Counted from the stretch's first letter, positions 29,591 to 40,137 are shown. The stretch: 64,000 bases of DNA from Planctomycetota bacterium (GCA_038212275.1 JBBQUR010000006.1:1-64000); one strand, 5' to 3'. Numbers and translations: made by a program. Notes: a model not told the origin generated them from the letters alone.

Positions 29591-30907
29591 ATGCGCATCC
29601 TCTTCGTCACCGCGAGCTATCCGCCCGAATCCGTCGGGGGCGTCGAGCTGCACGTGCAGGGCCTGGCGCGCGCCATGACCGTCGCGGGCCACGAGTGCCG
29701 CGTCTTCGCGCGCACCGGCCGGCCCGGGCTGCCGCACCTGCAGATCGCGCGCGAAACGGTCGAGGGCATTCCCGTCGCGCGGCTCGCGAACACCTTCGAG
29801 GACGCGACGAGCCTGGAGGCGATGGTGCGCCACGAAGGCATCGCCGACGCGTTCGCCGCGGAGCTGGCGCGCGTGAAGCCGGATGTCGTGCACATCCACC
29901 ACCTCACCTGCCTGTCGACGCTCATCGTGGACCGCTGCCGCGCCGCGGGCGTGCCGACGATCATGACGCTGCACGACTTCTGGATGGGTTGCCCGCGCGG
30001 CCAGCGCATCACGGCGGGCCTCGACGTCTGCCCGAGCATCAAGCTCGCCCGCTGCCTGCCCTGCCTGCGCGAGCTCTGGCCGCACCTGCTGGGGCGCGGC
30101 GGTTCGCCGGACCTGCCCGCGGAGGAGCGCGACGCGCGCGACCTCGCGCTGCTCGAGAATTATCACGCTTCGATGCGCGCGACGCTTGCTTCGCTGGACC
30201 TGCTGTGCACGCCCTCGGCCTTCATGGCGCGGCTCTACCAGGACTACGGCGTGAGTGCCGGGAAGCTGCGCGTGGTCGAGAACGGGTTGCCGACGTCGGC
30301 GTGGGCCGGTGCGCCCGAACGGCGGGCGGCCGCGGCGCGCACGGGCGGCCCGCTGCGCATCGGCTTCATCGGCAGCGTCATGCCGAGCAAGGGCGTGCAT
30401 CTGCTCATCGAGGCCTTCCGGCGCCTCGGCGACCCGACCGGCCTGCGCCTCGACATCTGGGGCGAGGTCCTGCCCTTCCACAACGACCGCACCTACGGCG
30501 AACGCCTGGCCGCGCTGCGGGAGGGTTTCGAGTCGGTCATCACGCTGCACGGCCGCTACGCCAACGAGAGCCTGCCGGCCATCCTCGCCGGCATGGACGT
30601 GCTGGTCGTGCCCTCGCTCTGGTACGAGGCCTTCGGACTCACCATCCGCGAGGCGCACCTGGCGGGCGTGCCGGTGGTCACGGCCAATCACGGCGCCATG
30701 GCCGAGGCCGTCCAGGACGGGCGCACGGGCCTGCTTTTCCAGGCGGGCGACGCCGCCTCGCTGGCCGCCGTGCTGCGTCGCGTGGCGGACGACCCCGCGC
30801 TGCGCGAGCGCCTTGCCGGTCGCCCGGAATGGGTGCGCGACGAACGGGATGCTGCCCGGCAGCTCCTGTCCCTCTATGATCAGCTCGCGGCCGGAGATCG
30901 CGCGTGA
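29591..30907 (+). CDS. Glycosyltransferase family 4 (Cys-insert type)
   Basis: YPPESVGGVE, TLHDFWMGCPR, SKGVH, VVPSLWYEAFGLTIREA. Confidence 0.92.
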   Translation: MRILFVTASYPPESVGGVELHVQGLARAMTVAGHECRVFARTGRPGLPHLQIARETVEGIPVARLANTFEDATSLEAMVRHEGIADAFAAELARVKPDVVHIHHLTCLSTLIVDRCRAAGVPTIMTLHDFWMGCPRGQRITAGLDVCPSIKLARCLPCLRELWPHLLGRGGSPDLPAEERDARDLALLENYHASMRATLASLDLLCTPSAFMARLYQDYGVSAGKLRVVENGLPTSAWAGAPERRAAAARTGGPLRIGFIGSVMPSKGVHLLIEAFRRLGDPTGLRLDIWGEVLPFHNDRTYGERLAALREGFESVITLHGRYANESLPAILAGMDVLVVPSLWYEAFGLTIREAHLAGVPVVTANHGAMAEAVQDGRTGLLFQAGDAASLAAVLRRVADDPALRERLAGRPEWVRDERDAARQLLSLYDQLAAGDRA

Positions 30908-32310
30908 AGGTTGCCTTCGTCGTCCACCAGTACCCGCCGAGGTTCAACACCGGCACGGAGATCTACGCGCACCGGCTGGCGCTCGTCCTGCGCAAGACAG
31001 GCGTGGACGTGCGCGTGTTCACCCACGAACCCAACGTGGCCGACGACATCGCGCTGCGCGTCGTCGACGATCCGGCCGACGACGTGCCCGTCACGCGCCT
31101 CACGGCCTTCGCGGGGCTGTCGCCGAACCACGCGCTGCGCGACTACTACGACGTCTTCCTCGGCAAGGTCTTCGGCGAGTGGCTGGACAAGGTGCGCCCG
31201 GACGCGGTGCACGTCTTCCACCTCATCGGCCTCGGCCTCTCCATCGTGGAGGAGTGCCACGCGCGCGGCATCCCGGTCTTCGTGCAGCTCATGGACTTCT
31301 GGTTCCTGTGCCCGACGGTGCAGCTGCTGCGCCGCAACGGCACGCTGTGCGAAGGGCCGGACACGCCGGTGTGCATCGAGTGCCTCGCGCCCGACAACTA
31401 CGGCTACCAGGGACTGCGCATGTTCAGCCAGCGCGACGGCTTCGTGGAGGTCACCGCGCCCGACCCGTCGCTCACGGACGTGAGCCACGCGGACCTCGGG
31501 TTGCGGCGCGCGGCGCTGCACGGCCGGCCGGCCTTCATCCGACGCGTGCTGAGCAAGGCCACGGCGCTCATCACGCCGAGCCACTTCCTCAAGGGCATGT
31601 TCCTGCGCAACGGCTACGACGAGCGCTCCATGATCCACGTGCCGTACGGCGTCGATCCGCCCGCCGCCGCGGTGCGCTCGGTGCCGGTCAACGGCCCGGG
31701 CACCGTGACCTTCGGCTTCTTCGGCAGCGTCAATCCGCAGAAGGGGTTGGAGGTGCTCGTGTCGGCCTTCCGCGAGTACCGCTGCGACCGCTTCAAGCTC
31801 GTCGTGCGCGGCAACATGCAGCACTTCCCGAAGTATGCGCGACGCGTCCGCGCCTTCGCCGACCTCGACCCGCGCATCACCTTCCGCGGGCCCTACGGCC
31901 ACGGCGAGCTGGCCGCGGCGCTTTCCAGCATCGACGTTCTCGTCGTGCCGTCGGTGTGGTACGAGAACACGCCCTTCGTGGTGCTGGAGGCCTTCTGCGC
32001 GGGACGCCCCGTGATCGCCTCCGACCTCGGCGGCTTGTCCGAGCTGGTCGAGGACGGCCACAACGGCCGCACCTTCCGAGCCGGCGATCCCGGAGCCCTC
32101 ATGAACGTGCTGCGCGACTTCGACGAGGACCCGGGCCTGCTCAAGCGCCTGCAGGGCGGCATCGGCCGCGTGCGGACGCTGGCGGAGAACGCTCAGGATT
32201 TCACGGCGATCTGGGAGCGCGCGCTCGGGCTGCCGGCGGGCTCGTCCGCCGGACCGGCCATCGTCGCGGCCGGCGCCCGGGTCGCGCCCGGCACGGGTGG
32301 CCGCCCATGA
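30904..32310 (+). CDS. Glycosyltransferase family 4 (Cys-insert type)
   Basis: HQYPPRFNTGTEIY, DFWFLCP, QKGLE, VVPSVWYENTPFVVLEA. Confidence 0.92.
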   Translation: MKVAFVVHQYPPRFNTGTEIYAHRLALVLRKTGVDVRVFTHEPNVADDIALRVVDDPADDVPVTRLTAFAGLSPNHALRDYYDVFLGKVFGEWLDKVRPDAVHVFHLIGLGLSIVEECHARGIPVFVQLMDFWFLCPTVQLLRRNGTLCEGPDTPVCIECLAPDNYGYQGLRMFSQRDGFVEVTAPDPSLTDVSHADLGLRRAALHGRPAFIRRVLSKATALITPSHFLKGMFLRNGYDERSMIHVPYGVDPPAAAVRSVPVNGPGTVTFGFFGSVNPQKGLEVLVSAFREYRCDRFKLVVRGNMQHFPKYARRVRAFADLDPRITFRGPYGHGELAAALSSIDVLVVPSVWYENTPFVVLEAFCAGRPVIASDLGGLSELVEDGHNGRTFRAGDPGALMNVLRDFDEDPGLLKRLQGGIGRVRTLAENAQDFTAIWERALGLPAGSSAGPAIVAAGARVAPGTGGRP

Positions 32311-33008
32311 GCGGCAGCGGCGCCGACCAGCACGCCGGCAACCGGCCGGCCCCGCGCGACGACGGGCGGCCTGACAGCCCGCGGCAGCACGCTCCGGCTC
32401 GCGATGCGGAGGAGGTGCGCCGTCACGAAAGCCACCTGGTCAGCCAGATCTATCACCTCATCGAGGCCAATCAGAAGCTCGAGGAACAGGTGGATCGGCT
32501 CTCCAGGGTGACCGAGATCGCGGCGCTCTTCCGCGAGCGCCGCATCACGCCCGACACCTTCGAACTGCAGCCGCCTTCCATCATCTCGACGGCGCCGGCG
32601 CAGCAGGCCTGGACGCGCATCGAGGTGCTGCTCGATGAGATGCCCGCGGGCGCCGCGCTGACGCAGATGCGCGACCTGCTCGGCCTGATCCGTTCCGCGG
32701 ATCGCCAGGTGGATGCCGACTGGCTGGCCGACGTGCGCCGCCGGCTCATCGCTGCCGAGCAGGCCATCGCCTTCCTCAACGAGCAGACGCGCGAGATGGA
32801 CATGCTGCGCCGCGAGAAGGACGCCATCGTGGACGGCGCCGCGCGCCTCGAGCAGAACATCGACGACCTCTGGAAGGCACTGAACGAGAAGACGACGCAC
32901 ATCCAGCGGCTCGAGTCGCAGCTGCAGCGCATCTGGGACAGCAAGCCGTATCGCGTCTTCTCCGCCGTGCGGCGTGGCTTCAAGCCGAAGCCGGAGGACA
33001 AGTCATAG
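32307..33008 (+). CDS. Coiled-coil protein of the glycan cluster
   Basis: 3' part of ORF 30255..33008; ATG overlaps upstream stop; heptad-rich E/Q/L/R helices ending in RIWDSKPYRVFSAVRR. Confidence 0.75.
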   Translation: MSGSGADQHAGNRPAPRDDGRPDSPRQHAPARDAEEVRRHESHLVSQIYHLIEANQKLEEQVDRLSRVTEIAALFRERRITPDTFELQPPSIISTAPAQQAWTRIEVLLDEMPAGAALTQMRDLLGLIRSADRQVDADWLADVRRRLIAAEQAIAFLNEQTREMDMLRREKDAIVDGAARLEQNIDDLWKALNEKTTHIQRLESQLQRIWDSKPYRVFSAVRRGFKPKPEDKS

Positions 33009-33019
33009 GCGCGGGAGTC

Positions 33020-33994
33020 GTGGTGCCGACCTTGAACGGCGGCGCGCGTTTCCGGAGCTGCCTTGCGGCTCTCGCCGCGCAGGTCCCCGCGCCGGACGCC
33101 GTCGTGGTCATCGACAGCGGCTCGACGGACGGCACGCCGGACGTGGCGCGCCGCGCCGGCGCGCGCGTGCTGGAGATCCCGCCCGCGGAGTTCGATCACG
33201 GCGAGACGCGCAACCGCGGCGCCGCCGCGCTGCCCGACGTGGACGTGCTCGTCTTCCTGGTGCAGGATGCCGTGCCCGTGGGCGTGCACTGCCTGGCGGC
33301 GCTCGCGCAGTCCGTGTCGCAACCCGGCGTGGCCGCGGCGACGGCGCGGCAGGTGCCGCCTCCCGAGGCGGGGCCCCTGACCGCCTGCAGCGTGAGCGCC
33401 GGCTCCTTCGGCGGCGCCGAGCCGCGCAGCGTGGGCCCGCTCGCCGCCGGGGCGCGGGATGCGCTGAGCCCCGAGGAGTGGCGCGCGCTGCTGCTGCTGG
33501 ACGACGTCTGCTGCGCGCTGCGCGCCCCTTTGTTCCGCGCGGTCGGCGGTTACCGCCGCACGAGCCACGGCGAGGATGCGCTGATGGCCTTCGACCTGCT
33601 TCACGCCGGCTGGTCGCTGGCCTTCCAGCCCGACGCCGTCGTGGAGCACGGCCATGTGTACGACGCGACCAGCGTCGTGCCGCGCTATCGCGACGACGCC
33701 AGCTTCTTCCGCGAGGCCTTCGGTTACCGCGTGCGCCCCGATCTCATCTCCGTGCTCAAGGGCTACAACGCCGAGCTCTCGCGCGATCGTCGCACGCTCA
33801 CCGGGCGGCCGGAACTTCTCGGCGGCCGGTCGCTGACCATGGTGCTGGCCGAGGCGCGCACGCTGCGCTGGGCGCAGGTCATGGCGCAGCGGCAGGGCAG
33901 CCGCGGCCCGGTGGGCACGCTGCCCGTGCCGCGGCCACTGCCGTCGCCGCGGACGTCGGGATCGAAATCGAGATCGGGCAGGGGCCGTCGATGA
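33020..33994 (+). CDS. Glycosyltransferase family 2 (rhamnosyltransferase-like)
   Basis: VPTLNG, VIDSGSTDGT, FDHGETRNRG, FLVQDA, HGED. Confidence 0.88.
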   Translation: MVPTLNGGARFRSCLAALAAQVPAPDAVVVIDSGSTDGTPDVARRAGARVLEIPPAEFDHGETRNRGAAALPDVDVLVFLVQDAVPVGVHCLAALAQSVSQPGVAAATARQVPPPEAGPLTACSVSAGSFGGAEPRSVGPLAAGARDALSPEEWRALLLLDDVCCALRAPLFRAVGGYRRTSHGEDALMAFDLLHAGWSLAFQPDAVVEHGHVYDATSVVPRYRDDASFFREAFGYRVRPDLISVLKGYNAELSRDRRTLTGRPELLGGRSLTMVLAEARTLRWAQVMAQRQGSRGPVGTLPVPRPLPSPRTSGSKSRSGRGRR

Positions 33995-36441
33995 GCGCCG
34001 GAGCGGACGACCGCACAACCTCGGGCCGCGTGACCTCGGTCTCGATCGTGATCCCGGCGAAGAACGGGCGCCCGACCATCGGGCCCTGCCTCGACGCGGT
34101 GCTGGCCCAGGAACTGGACATCCCCTTCGACGTGCTGGTCATCGACAGCGGCTCGACCGACGGCTCGCTGGACGACATCCGCGCGCGGCCGGCGGTGAAG
34201 CTGCACCGCATCGCGCCCTCGGGCTTCGATCACGGCGACACGCGCAATCTCGGCGCGGGCATGACCACCGGGCAGGCCATCGTCTTCCTCGTGCAGGATG
34301 CCGAGCCGGTGGGGCGGCACTGGCTCGCGAAGCTCGTGCGCAACCTCGACGACCCGCGCGTGGCAGGCGCCTTCTCGCGCATCCTGCCGCGCCCGCACGC
34401 CGGCCCGCTGGTGAAGAAGGGTTGCGAGGGCGACCTGTGCTTCGGCACGCAGCGCATCGAGACCACGATGGAGTCGCCCGAAGCCTGGGCGGCGCTGGAC
34501 CCGCACATGCTGCGCCTGCGCTGCAACTTCAACGACGTGTCGTCGGTGCTGCGCCGCTCCGTATGGGAGCGCCTGCCCTTTGAACGCGGCATGTTCGGCG
34601 AGGACATCAAGTTCACGCGCGCGGCTCTCGAGGCGGGCTGGACCATCGTCTTCGATCCCGAGAGCGAGGTGCTGCACAGTCACGAGTACGACGCGGCCAC
34701 CGTTGCGGCGCGCACCTTCGTGGATGCGGAACTCAACCAGTTCTTCCTCGGCCGCACCTGCATCGAGAAGCTCTCGCACGTCTTCGTGATGACGGGCCGC
34801 TTCTGGAAGAGCGACCGGCAGTACCTGAGCGCACAGCGCCTGCCGCTGTCGCAGCGCCTCAAGTGGGGCGCATTCTCGCCGTACTATCACTTCAAGGAAT
34901 TCTGGGGCTTCTGGCGCGGCGGCCGGGCTGTGCTCGACGCGCCCGGCGGCCCGAAGCCGGGGGCCCGACCGCCTGCCGCGGTGCCGCTCGCGGAGCGCCC
35001 GCTGAAGATCCTCACCGTGGTGCACGGCTTCCCGCCCGATTCATGGGCCGGCACCGAGGTCCTGTCGCTCACGCTCGGTCGCGGGCTGCGCGAGCGCGGC
35101 CACGACGTGGCGTTCTTCGTGCGCTCCCACGGCGCGCCGGGCGAGGCGGACCGCTCGCTGCACCGCAGCGAGTTCGACGGCTTCCGCGTGCACCGTTTCG
35201 TGAATCACCTCGCGTTTTCCGGCGTGGATGAGACCTATCGCTTCGCGCCGGCCGAGGCGGCCTTCGACACGGTGCTCGCCGAGGAGCGTCCGGACGTCGT
35301 GCACTGCCAGCACCTCATCCATCTCTCCACCGGCATCATCGACCGTTGCCGCGTGGCCGGGGTGCCGGTGGTGGTGTCGCTGTCGGACTACTGGGCGCGC
35401 TGCTCGCGCGTGCAGCTCATCCGCCCCGACCGCAGCAACTGCATGTCGGCGCCGCCCGGCCTCGGCTGCGCGGCCTGCGTGAAGGACAAGCCGGCGCTCA
35501 TCGGGCCGCTGGCCACGCTGGACAACCTGCTCGGCGGCCTGCCGCTGGCCTGGGCGCGCAAGGTTCCGCAGACGGTCCCGGCGCATGCGCCGGGCTGGGC
35601 CAAGAGCCGCGAGGACGCCGCGTCGCTGGTGCGTCGCGAGCACTGGATGCGCGAGGTGCTGCTGCGCGCCGACAGCGTGGTCGTCGCGTCCCGCAGCGTG
35701 AAGCGCGCGATGACGGGCCTCGGACTGCCGCCCGGAAAGATCGTGCTCTGCGAGTACGGCAGCGACCGGAGCTGGTGCCCGGACGGGCCGCCCGCGCGCG
35801 TGCCGCGCGCTCCCGGCGCACCGCTGCGCGTGGGCTTCCTGGGCAGCCTCGTCTGGTACAAAGGTCTGCATGTGGCGGCGCAGGCCGTGGCCGCCATGCC
35901 TCCCGGCAGCGTCCATCTTCACGTCCACGGCGACCATGTCGGGGGCAGCGATCCGGGCGTGGCCGCGCAGTTCCGCGCGGTGGCCGACGAGGCGCGGGCC
36001 ATTGCCGGGGAGCGCATCAGCTTCCACGGTCGCTATCCTCACGACGCCCTGGCAGCCATCCACGCGGAGCTGGACGTGATCGTCGTACCTTCGGTCTGGC
36101 AGGAAGCCTACGGGCTCACCGTGCGCGAGACCTTCCTTTCTCGCACGCCGGTCGTCGGCAGCGACATTGCCGGCATCGCGGAGGGCATCGAGCACGACCG
36201 CACCGGCCTGCTGTTCCGCACCGGCGATGCGGAGTCGCTGCGCGCGGCCCTGCAGCGCTTCCTGGACGAACCGGAGCTGGGCGCGCGGCTGACGGCCAAC
36301 GCACCGCACGTCCGCACCGGCGCCGAGGAAGCGCGCGAGATGGAATGGCGCTACCGCCAGGTGATCTCCGCGCGCGGCGGCCTGCGGTCCGCTGCGGTGC
36401 AGGTCGGCGCGACCGGACCTTCCGGCGGAGCCGCTGCATGA
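33991..36441 (+). CDS. Bifunctional GT2 + GT4 glycosyltransferase fusion
   Basis: N-terminal SIVIPAKNG, IDSGSTDGS, FLVQDA, FGED; C-terminal VHGFPPDSWAGTE, DYWARCSR, VVPSVWQEAYGL. Confidence 0.92.
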   Translation: MSAGADDRTTSGRVTSVSIVIPAKNGRPTIGPCLDAVLAQELDIPFDVLVIDSGSTDGSLDDIRARPAVKLHRIAPSGFDHGDTRNLGAGMTTGQAIVFLVQDAEPVGRHWLAKLVRNLDDPRVAGAFSRILPRPHAGPLVKKGCEGDLCFGTQRIETTMESPEAWAALDPHMLRLRCNFNDVSSVLRRSVWERLPFERGMFGEDIKFTRAALEAGWTIVFDPESEVLHSHEYDAATVAARTFVDAELNQFFLGRTCIEKLSHVFVMTGRFWKSDRQYLSAQRLPLSQRLKWGAFSPYYHFKEFWGFWRGGRAVLDAPGGPKPGARPPAAVPLAERPLKILTVVHGFPPDSWAGTEVLSLTLGRGLRERGHDVAFFVRSHGAPGEADRSLHRSEFDGFRVHRFVNHLAFSGVDETYRFAPAEAAFDTVLAEERPDVVHCQHLIHLSTGIIDRCRVAGVPVVVSLSDYWARCSRVQLIRPDRSNCMSAPPGLGCAACVKDKPALIGPLATLDNLLGGLPLAWARKVPQTVPAHAPGWAKSREDAASLVRREHWMREVLLRADSVVVASRSVKRAMTGLGLPPGKIVLCEYGSDRSWCPDGPPARVPRAPGAPLRVGFLGSLVWYKGLHVAAQAVAAMPPGSVHLHVHGDHVGGSDPGVAAQFRAVADEARAIAGERISFHGRYPHDALAAIHAELDVIVVPSVWQEAYGLTVRETFLSRTPVVGSDIAGIAEGIEHDRTGLLFRTGDAESLRAALQRFLDEPELGARLTANAPHVRTGAEEAREMEWRYRQVISARGGLRSAAVQVGATGPSGGAAA

Positions 36442-37619
36442 GCCTCCCGTCGGTCTCCATCGTGCTGGTGAACCTCAACGGTCAGCACCACTTCGAGAAG
36501 CTCTTCGAGAGCCTGCGCGCCGTGGACTACCCGCGCGAGCTGCTCGAGGTCGTCATGGTGGACAACGCCTCCGTGGACGGCTCGGTGCAGTGGCTGGACA
36601 AGCACGCGCCGGATGCGCGCACCATCGTGTGCCGCCAGAACCACGGCTTCGCGGGCGGCGTCAACGTGGGCGTCGAGGCCTGCCAGGGCGAGGTGCTCGT
36701 CTTCCTCAACACGGACATGCGCGTCGAGCCCAACTGGCTGCGCGAGCTGGTCGCGCCGATCATCACGCGCGAGGCCGACTGCACCTCCAGCCTCACGCTC
36801 TCGTGGAACGGCCAGGTCGTGAACTTCGGCGGCTCGGCCATGAACTTCCACGGCATCGGCTGGCAGGTCGGGATGAACGATCCCGACATAGATCGCTACA
36901 GGAAGCCCGGCGACACGCTCTTCGCATGCGGCGGCAGCATGGCCATCCGGCGCGAGGTCTACGAGGACGCCGGACGCTTCGACGAGGACTTCTTCGCCTA
37001 CTACGAGGACGTCGATCTCGGCTTCCGGCTCTGGGTGCTGGGCTACCGCGTGATGTATGTGCCGACCTCGGTGGCCTATCACCATCACATGTCCACCAGC
37101 CGACGCATCGACGTGCACAAGATCCGCCTGCTGCAGATGCGCAACCCGCTGTGGCTCATCTACAAGAACTACGAGGAGCACGTGCTGCAGCGCGTGCTGC
37201 CCGCGGCGCTGCTCGTGCACCAGAAGCGCATGGCCTACGTGCTGCACCTGGACGACCGGGGCTATCGCATCGATGCCCGCGATGCCCGCGGGCGCGGCAA
37301 GCTGCACGAGGTCTTTCTCAAGATGCGTGCCAGCAAGCGCTCGGTGGGCATCCCGCCCCCGGCCAAGGCCGACATGCTGGCCATCAACGACTTCTCGAGG
37401 CTGCTCGACGCGATGTCCGCCAAGCGGCAGTCCATCCAGTCGCGCAGGAAGCGCCCCGACTGCGAGATCCTTCCCATGTTCCGCATCCCCTTCTGGGCCG
37501 TGGAGCAGGCGCCGGAGTTCGCCAACATGATCCGCGCGCTCATGGAGAGCTTCAGGCTGCACGAGATCTTCGGCACGCGCGAGGTCGTCATCGACCCGCG
37601 CCTCGCCAGCGAGCGCTAG
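36438..37619 (+). CDS. Glycosyltransferase family 2 (WbbL-like)
   Basis: VSIVLVNLNG, VDNASVDGS, NHGFAGGVN, FLNTD, FDEDFFAYYEDVDLGFR. Confidence 0.92.
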   Translation: MSLPSVSIVLVNLNGQHHFEKLFESLRAVDYPRELLEVVMVDNASVDGSVQWLDKHAPDARTIVCRQNHGFAGGVNVGVEACQGEVLVFLNTDMRVEPNWLRELVAPIITREADCTSSLTLSWNGQVVNFGGSAMNFHGIGWQVGMNDPDIDRYRKPGDTLFACGGSMAIRREVYEDAGRFDEDFFAYYEDVDLGFRLWVLGYRVMYVPTSVAYHHHMSTSRRIDVHKIRLLQMRNPLWLIYKNYEEHVLQRVLPAALLVHQKRMAYVLHLDDRGYRIDARDARGRGKLHEVFLKMRASKRSVGIPPPAKADMLAINDFSRLLDAMSAKRQSIQSRRKRPDCEILPMFRIPFWAVEQAPEFANMIRALMESFRLHEIFGTREVVIDPRLASER

Positions 37620-37896
37620 GCGCGCCGACTTGCTGTCAGGCGCGCCGGCCGGGGGCTCCTTCCGCGGCGCTCTCGGCCAGGGGCGGCGAAGTCGCGCCGC
37701 ATGAGGCCGCCCGGCCGCGCACGCCAACGCATGCGATGCCGTGCGGAGAGAGGGGCCCCGCGACGCACCCGTCCGGCGCGCCCTGCACGTGCGGGCCGGG
37801 TGGAACGATGGAGAGTCGTGATGAACGCCGGCTCGATGAAGCGGGGCGAAGGCGCGGCGCGTGCGATGCAGCGTCGGACCAAGGCGCCTTCATTCC

Positions 37897-37926
37897 TTGA
37901 AAAGCTTGCAGCGCGGCCACCATAAT
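37897..37926 (+). promoter_or_regulatory. Sigma70-like promoter TTGAAA-N18-CATAAT
   Basis: Hexamers 25 nt upstream of the ATG at 37952, in a locally AT-richer patch. Confidence 0.55.
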
Positions 37927-37951
37927 CACCGGCCACTCTCCGGGGTCCCTG

Positions 37952-38656
37952 ATGAAGCTTTCGGTTGTCGTGCCCGTCTACAACGAGCGGGACACCGTAC
38001 GCACGATCCTCGCCCGGATCCTCGCCACGCCGCACGACAAGGAGGTCATCCTCGTCGACGACGGCAGCAAGGACGGCACGCGGGACGTGCTCAAGGAGAT
38101 CGAGGCCGAGAACAATCCGCTGGTGCGCGTGATCTACCACGCGGTCAACCAGGGCAAGGGCGCCGCGCTGCGCACCGGTTTCGCCGCGGTGAAGGGCGAC
38201 ATCGTCCTCATCCAGGACGCGGACCTCGAGTACACGCCCGACGACTATCCCGCGCTCATCAAGCCCATTCAGGACGGCCTGGCCGACGTCGTGTTCGGCA
38301 GCCGCTTCCTCGGAGGGGGGGCGCACCGCTGCCACCTCTACTGGCACTACGTCGTGAACAAGGGGCTGACCACGTTCAGCAACATGCTCACCAACCTGAA
38401 CCTCACGGACATGGAGACCTGCTACAAGGTCTTCCGACGCGAGGTGGCGGACCGCCTGAACATCCAGAGCAACCGCTTCGGCATCGAGCCCGAGGTCACC
38501 GCGAAGGTGGCGCGCATGACCTTCAACGGCGCCAAGTGCCGGGTGTATGAAGTGCCGATCAGCTACTTCGGCCGGGACTTCGCGGAAGGCAAGAAGATCG
38601 GTGTGAAGGACGGCTTCGAGGCCATCTGGTGCATCGTCAAGTTCAACCTGTTCTGA
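37952..38656 (+). CDS. GT2 polyprenol-phosphate glycosyltransferase (DPM1-like)
   Basis: [54 protein letters not shown]. Confidence 0.93.
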   Translation: MKLSVVVPVYNERDTVRTILARILATPHDKEVILVDDGSKDGTRDVLKEIEAENNPLVRVIYHAVNQGKGAALRTGFAAVKGDIVLIQDADLEYTPDDYPALIKPIQDGLADVVFGSRFLGGGAHRCHLYWHYVVNKGLTTFSNMLTNLNLTDMETCYKVFRREVADRLNIQSNRFGIEPEVTAKVARMTFNGAKCRVYEVPISYFGRDFAEGKKIGVKDGFEAIWCIVKFNLF

Positions 38657-38691
38657 GCGGCGAGACGCCAGCCGCATCAGACACGTCGCCC

Positions 38692-40137
38692 GTGACGCCT
38701 CGCGAGCGGCTGCTGCTCGCGGCGCTGCTCGCAGGCCTGGCCGTGGTGCTCCTGTTCCAGCTGGGGGCGGGCGGCCTGCAGAGCTCCGCGGAGCAGCGGG
38801 TCTGGGACGTCATGCGCGGCATGGACGCCAGCGGAGACTGGCTCGTGCCGCGCCAGGGCGATGCGGTGCGCCTCAACAAGCCGCCGCTTTACTACTGGGC
38901 CGCCACCGCCTGCGCGGCGCTCGCCGGCGAGGCGACGCTGACAGCCCTGCGCCTGCCCGCCGCGCTCGCGACGCTGCTGCTCGTGTGGGTCACGTGGCGC
39001 TGGGCGCGCTTTCTCGGCGGCCCGAGGCTCGGGCTGCTCTCCGCCGCGGCGCTGGCCTGCATGGAACTCTTCGGGACGCAGGGCCGCACCGGCGTGGCCG
39101 AGATGTTCCTCGCGCTCTTCAGCACGCTGGGGCTGTTCACCTTCGACCGCCTCTCCCGTCCGCCGGAGCCCGGGGGCGAGGCGCGCCACCGGCGCCTGCT
39201 GCCGCTCTTCGCACTGTGGACCGCGCTGGCCATCCTGAGCAAGGCCACCGTGGCGCTCATGCTCCTCGGCGTGCCGGCGCTGCTGCTGCTGCTGGCCGAG
39301 CGGCGCTGGCGCGAGGCGCTGGCCGGCCGCGTCCTGCGCTGGGTGACGTTGTCGGTGCTGGCCGGCTTCGCGTGGTACGTGGTGGTCATCACGGTGGTGC
39401 CGGGCGCCTTCGACATGCTGAAGGCCACGGTCCTGCTGCCGATGGGCGTGCGCCTGCCCGGCGTCGAGAAGTCCGCCGCGCACACGCGGGCCGTGCACTT
39501 CTTCATCGTGTCCCTGCTCATGTCGGCTTTCCCTGTCTCGGTGCTCGTGCCGACGATGCTGGCGCGCGCCTGGCGCAGCCGGCTGTGGTCGGGGCAGCGC
39601 GTGCGCTTCGCGGGGCTGGCCTTCGTCTCGCTCTTCGTGTGCTTCTCGCTCATTCCGCAGAAGCAGAAGCACTACATGCTGCCGCTGCTCCCGCTGCTCG
39701 CCATCCTCTGCGCCGAAAGCCTCCTGTCGCTGCAGGTGCGCGCCCCGGCGACGCTGCGCCGGCTGCTCGTCGCGCTGGCCGTGCTGGCCGCGCTCATTGC
39801 GGTGCCTGCGCTTTTCGTCCTGCACCTGCTGTACGTGGAGGCCATGACCCTGCCGATGGTCGCCGGCGCGGCGGTAGGCTTCGTGGCGGCCGTCCTCCTC
39901 GGCTATTTGCTGAAGGAGGCCATCCAGGGAGCTCTGGGCCGCTTCGCCTTCGTCGCCACGGTGGGCGGGCTGCTCGTGTTGCTCTGTTACCACGGCAGCC
40001 TCGAAATCTGGCAGCGGCAGTTCGAGAGCGGCGAGGCGCAGCTGCGGCCGGATTACGATGCCGGCCGATGGCGCGCCGTCTTCGACGAGTGGCCGGCCCT
40101 GGAGCACGCCCTGCGCGCAGCTCCCTCCGATGGTTGA
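38692..40137 (+). CDS. ArnT/PMT-like (GT83/GT39) GT-C membrane glycosyltransferase
   Basis: GDWLVPR...LNKPPLYYW, LRLPAALA, ILSK, KQKHYMLPLLP; many TM segments. Confidence 0.88.
   Translation: MTPRERLLLAALLAGLAVVLLFQLGAGGLQSSAEQRVWDVMRGMDASGDWLVPRQGDAVRLNKPPLYYWAATACAALAGEATLTALRLPAALATLLLVWVTWRWARFLGGPRLGLLSAAALACMELFGTQGRTGVAEMFLALFSTLGLFTFDRLSRPPEPGGEARHRRLLPLFALWTALAILSKATVALMLLGVPALLLLLAERRWREALAGRVLRWVTLSVLAGFAWYVVVITVVPGAFDMLKATVLLPMGVRLPGVEKSAAHTRAVHFFIVSLLMSAFPVSVLVPTMLARAWRSRLWSGQRVRFAGLAFVSLFVCFSLIPQKQKHYMLPLLPLLAILCAESLLSLQVRAPATLRRLLVALAVLAALIAVPALFVLHLLYVEAMTLPMVAGAAVGFVAAVLLGYLLKEAIQGALGRFAFVATVGGLLVLLCYHGSLEIWQRQFESGEAQLRPDYDAGRWRAVFDEWPALEHALRAAPSDG

Noticed and set aside
30255..37619. 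Giant fused ORFs in the track (30255..33008, 32974..36441, 35346..37619; also 11084..14260, 42246..44264, 49277..53026)
   Set aside because: The 5' extensions are off-frame overlaps with upstream genes; true starts lie at stop/start overlaps or motif boundaries
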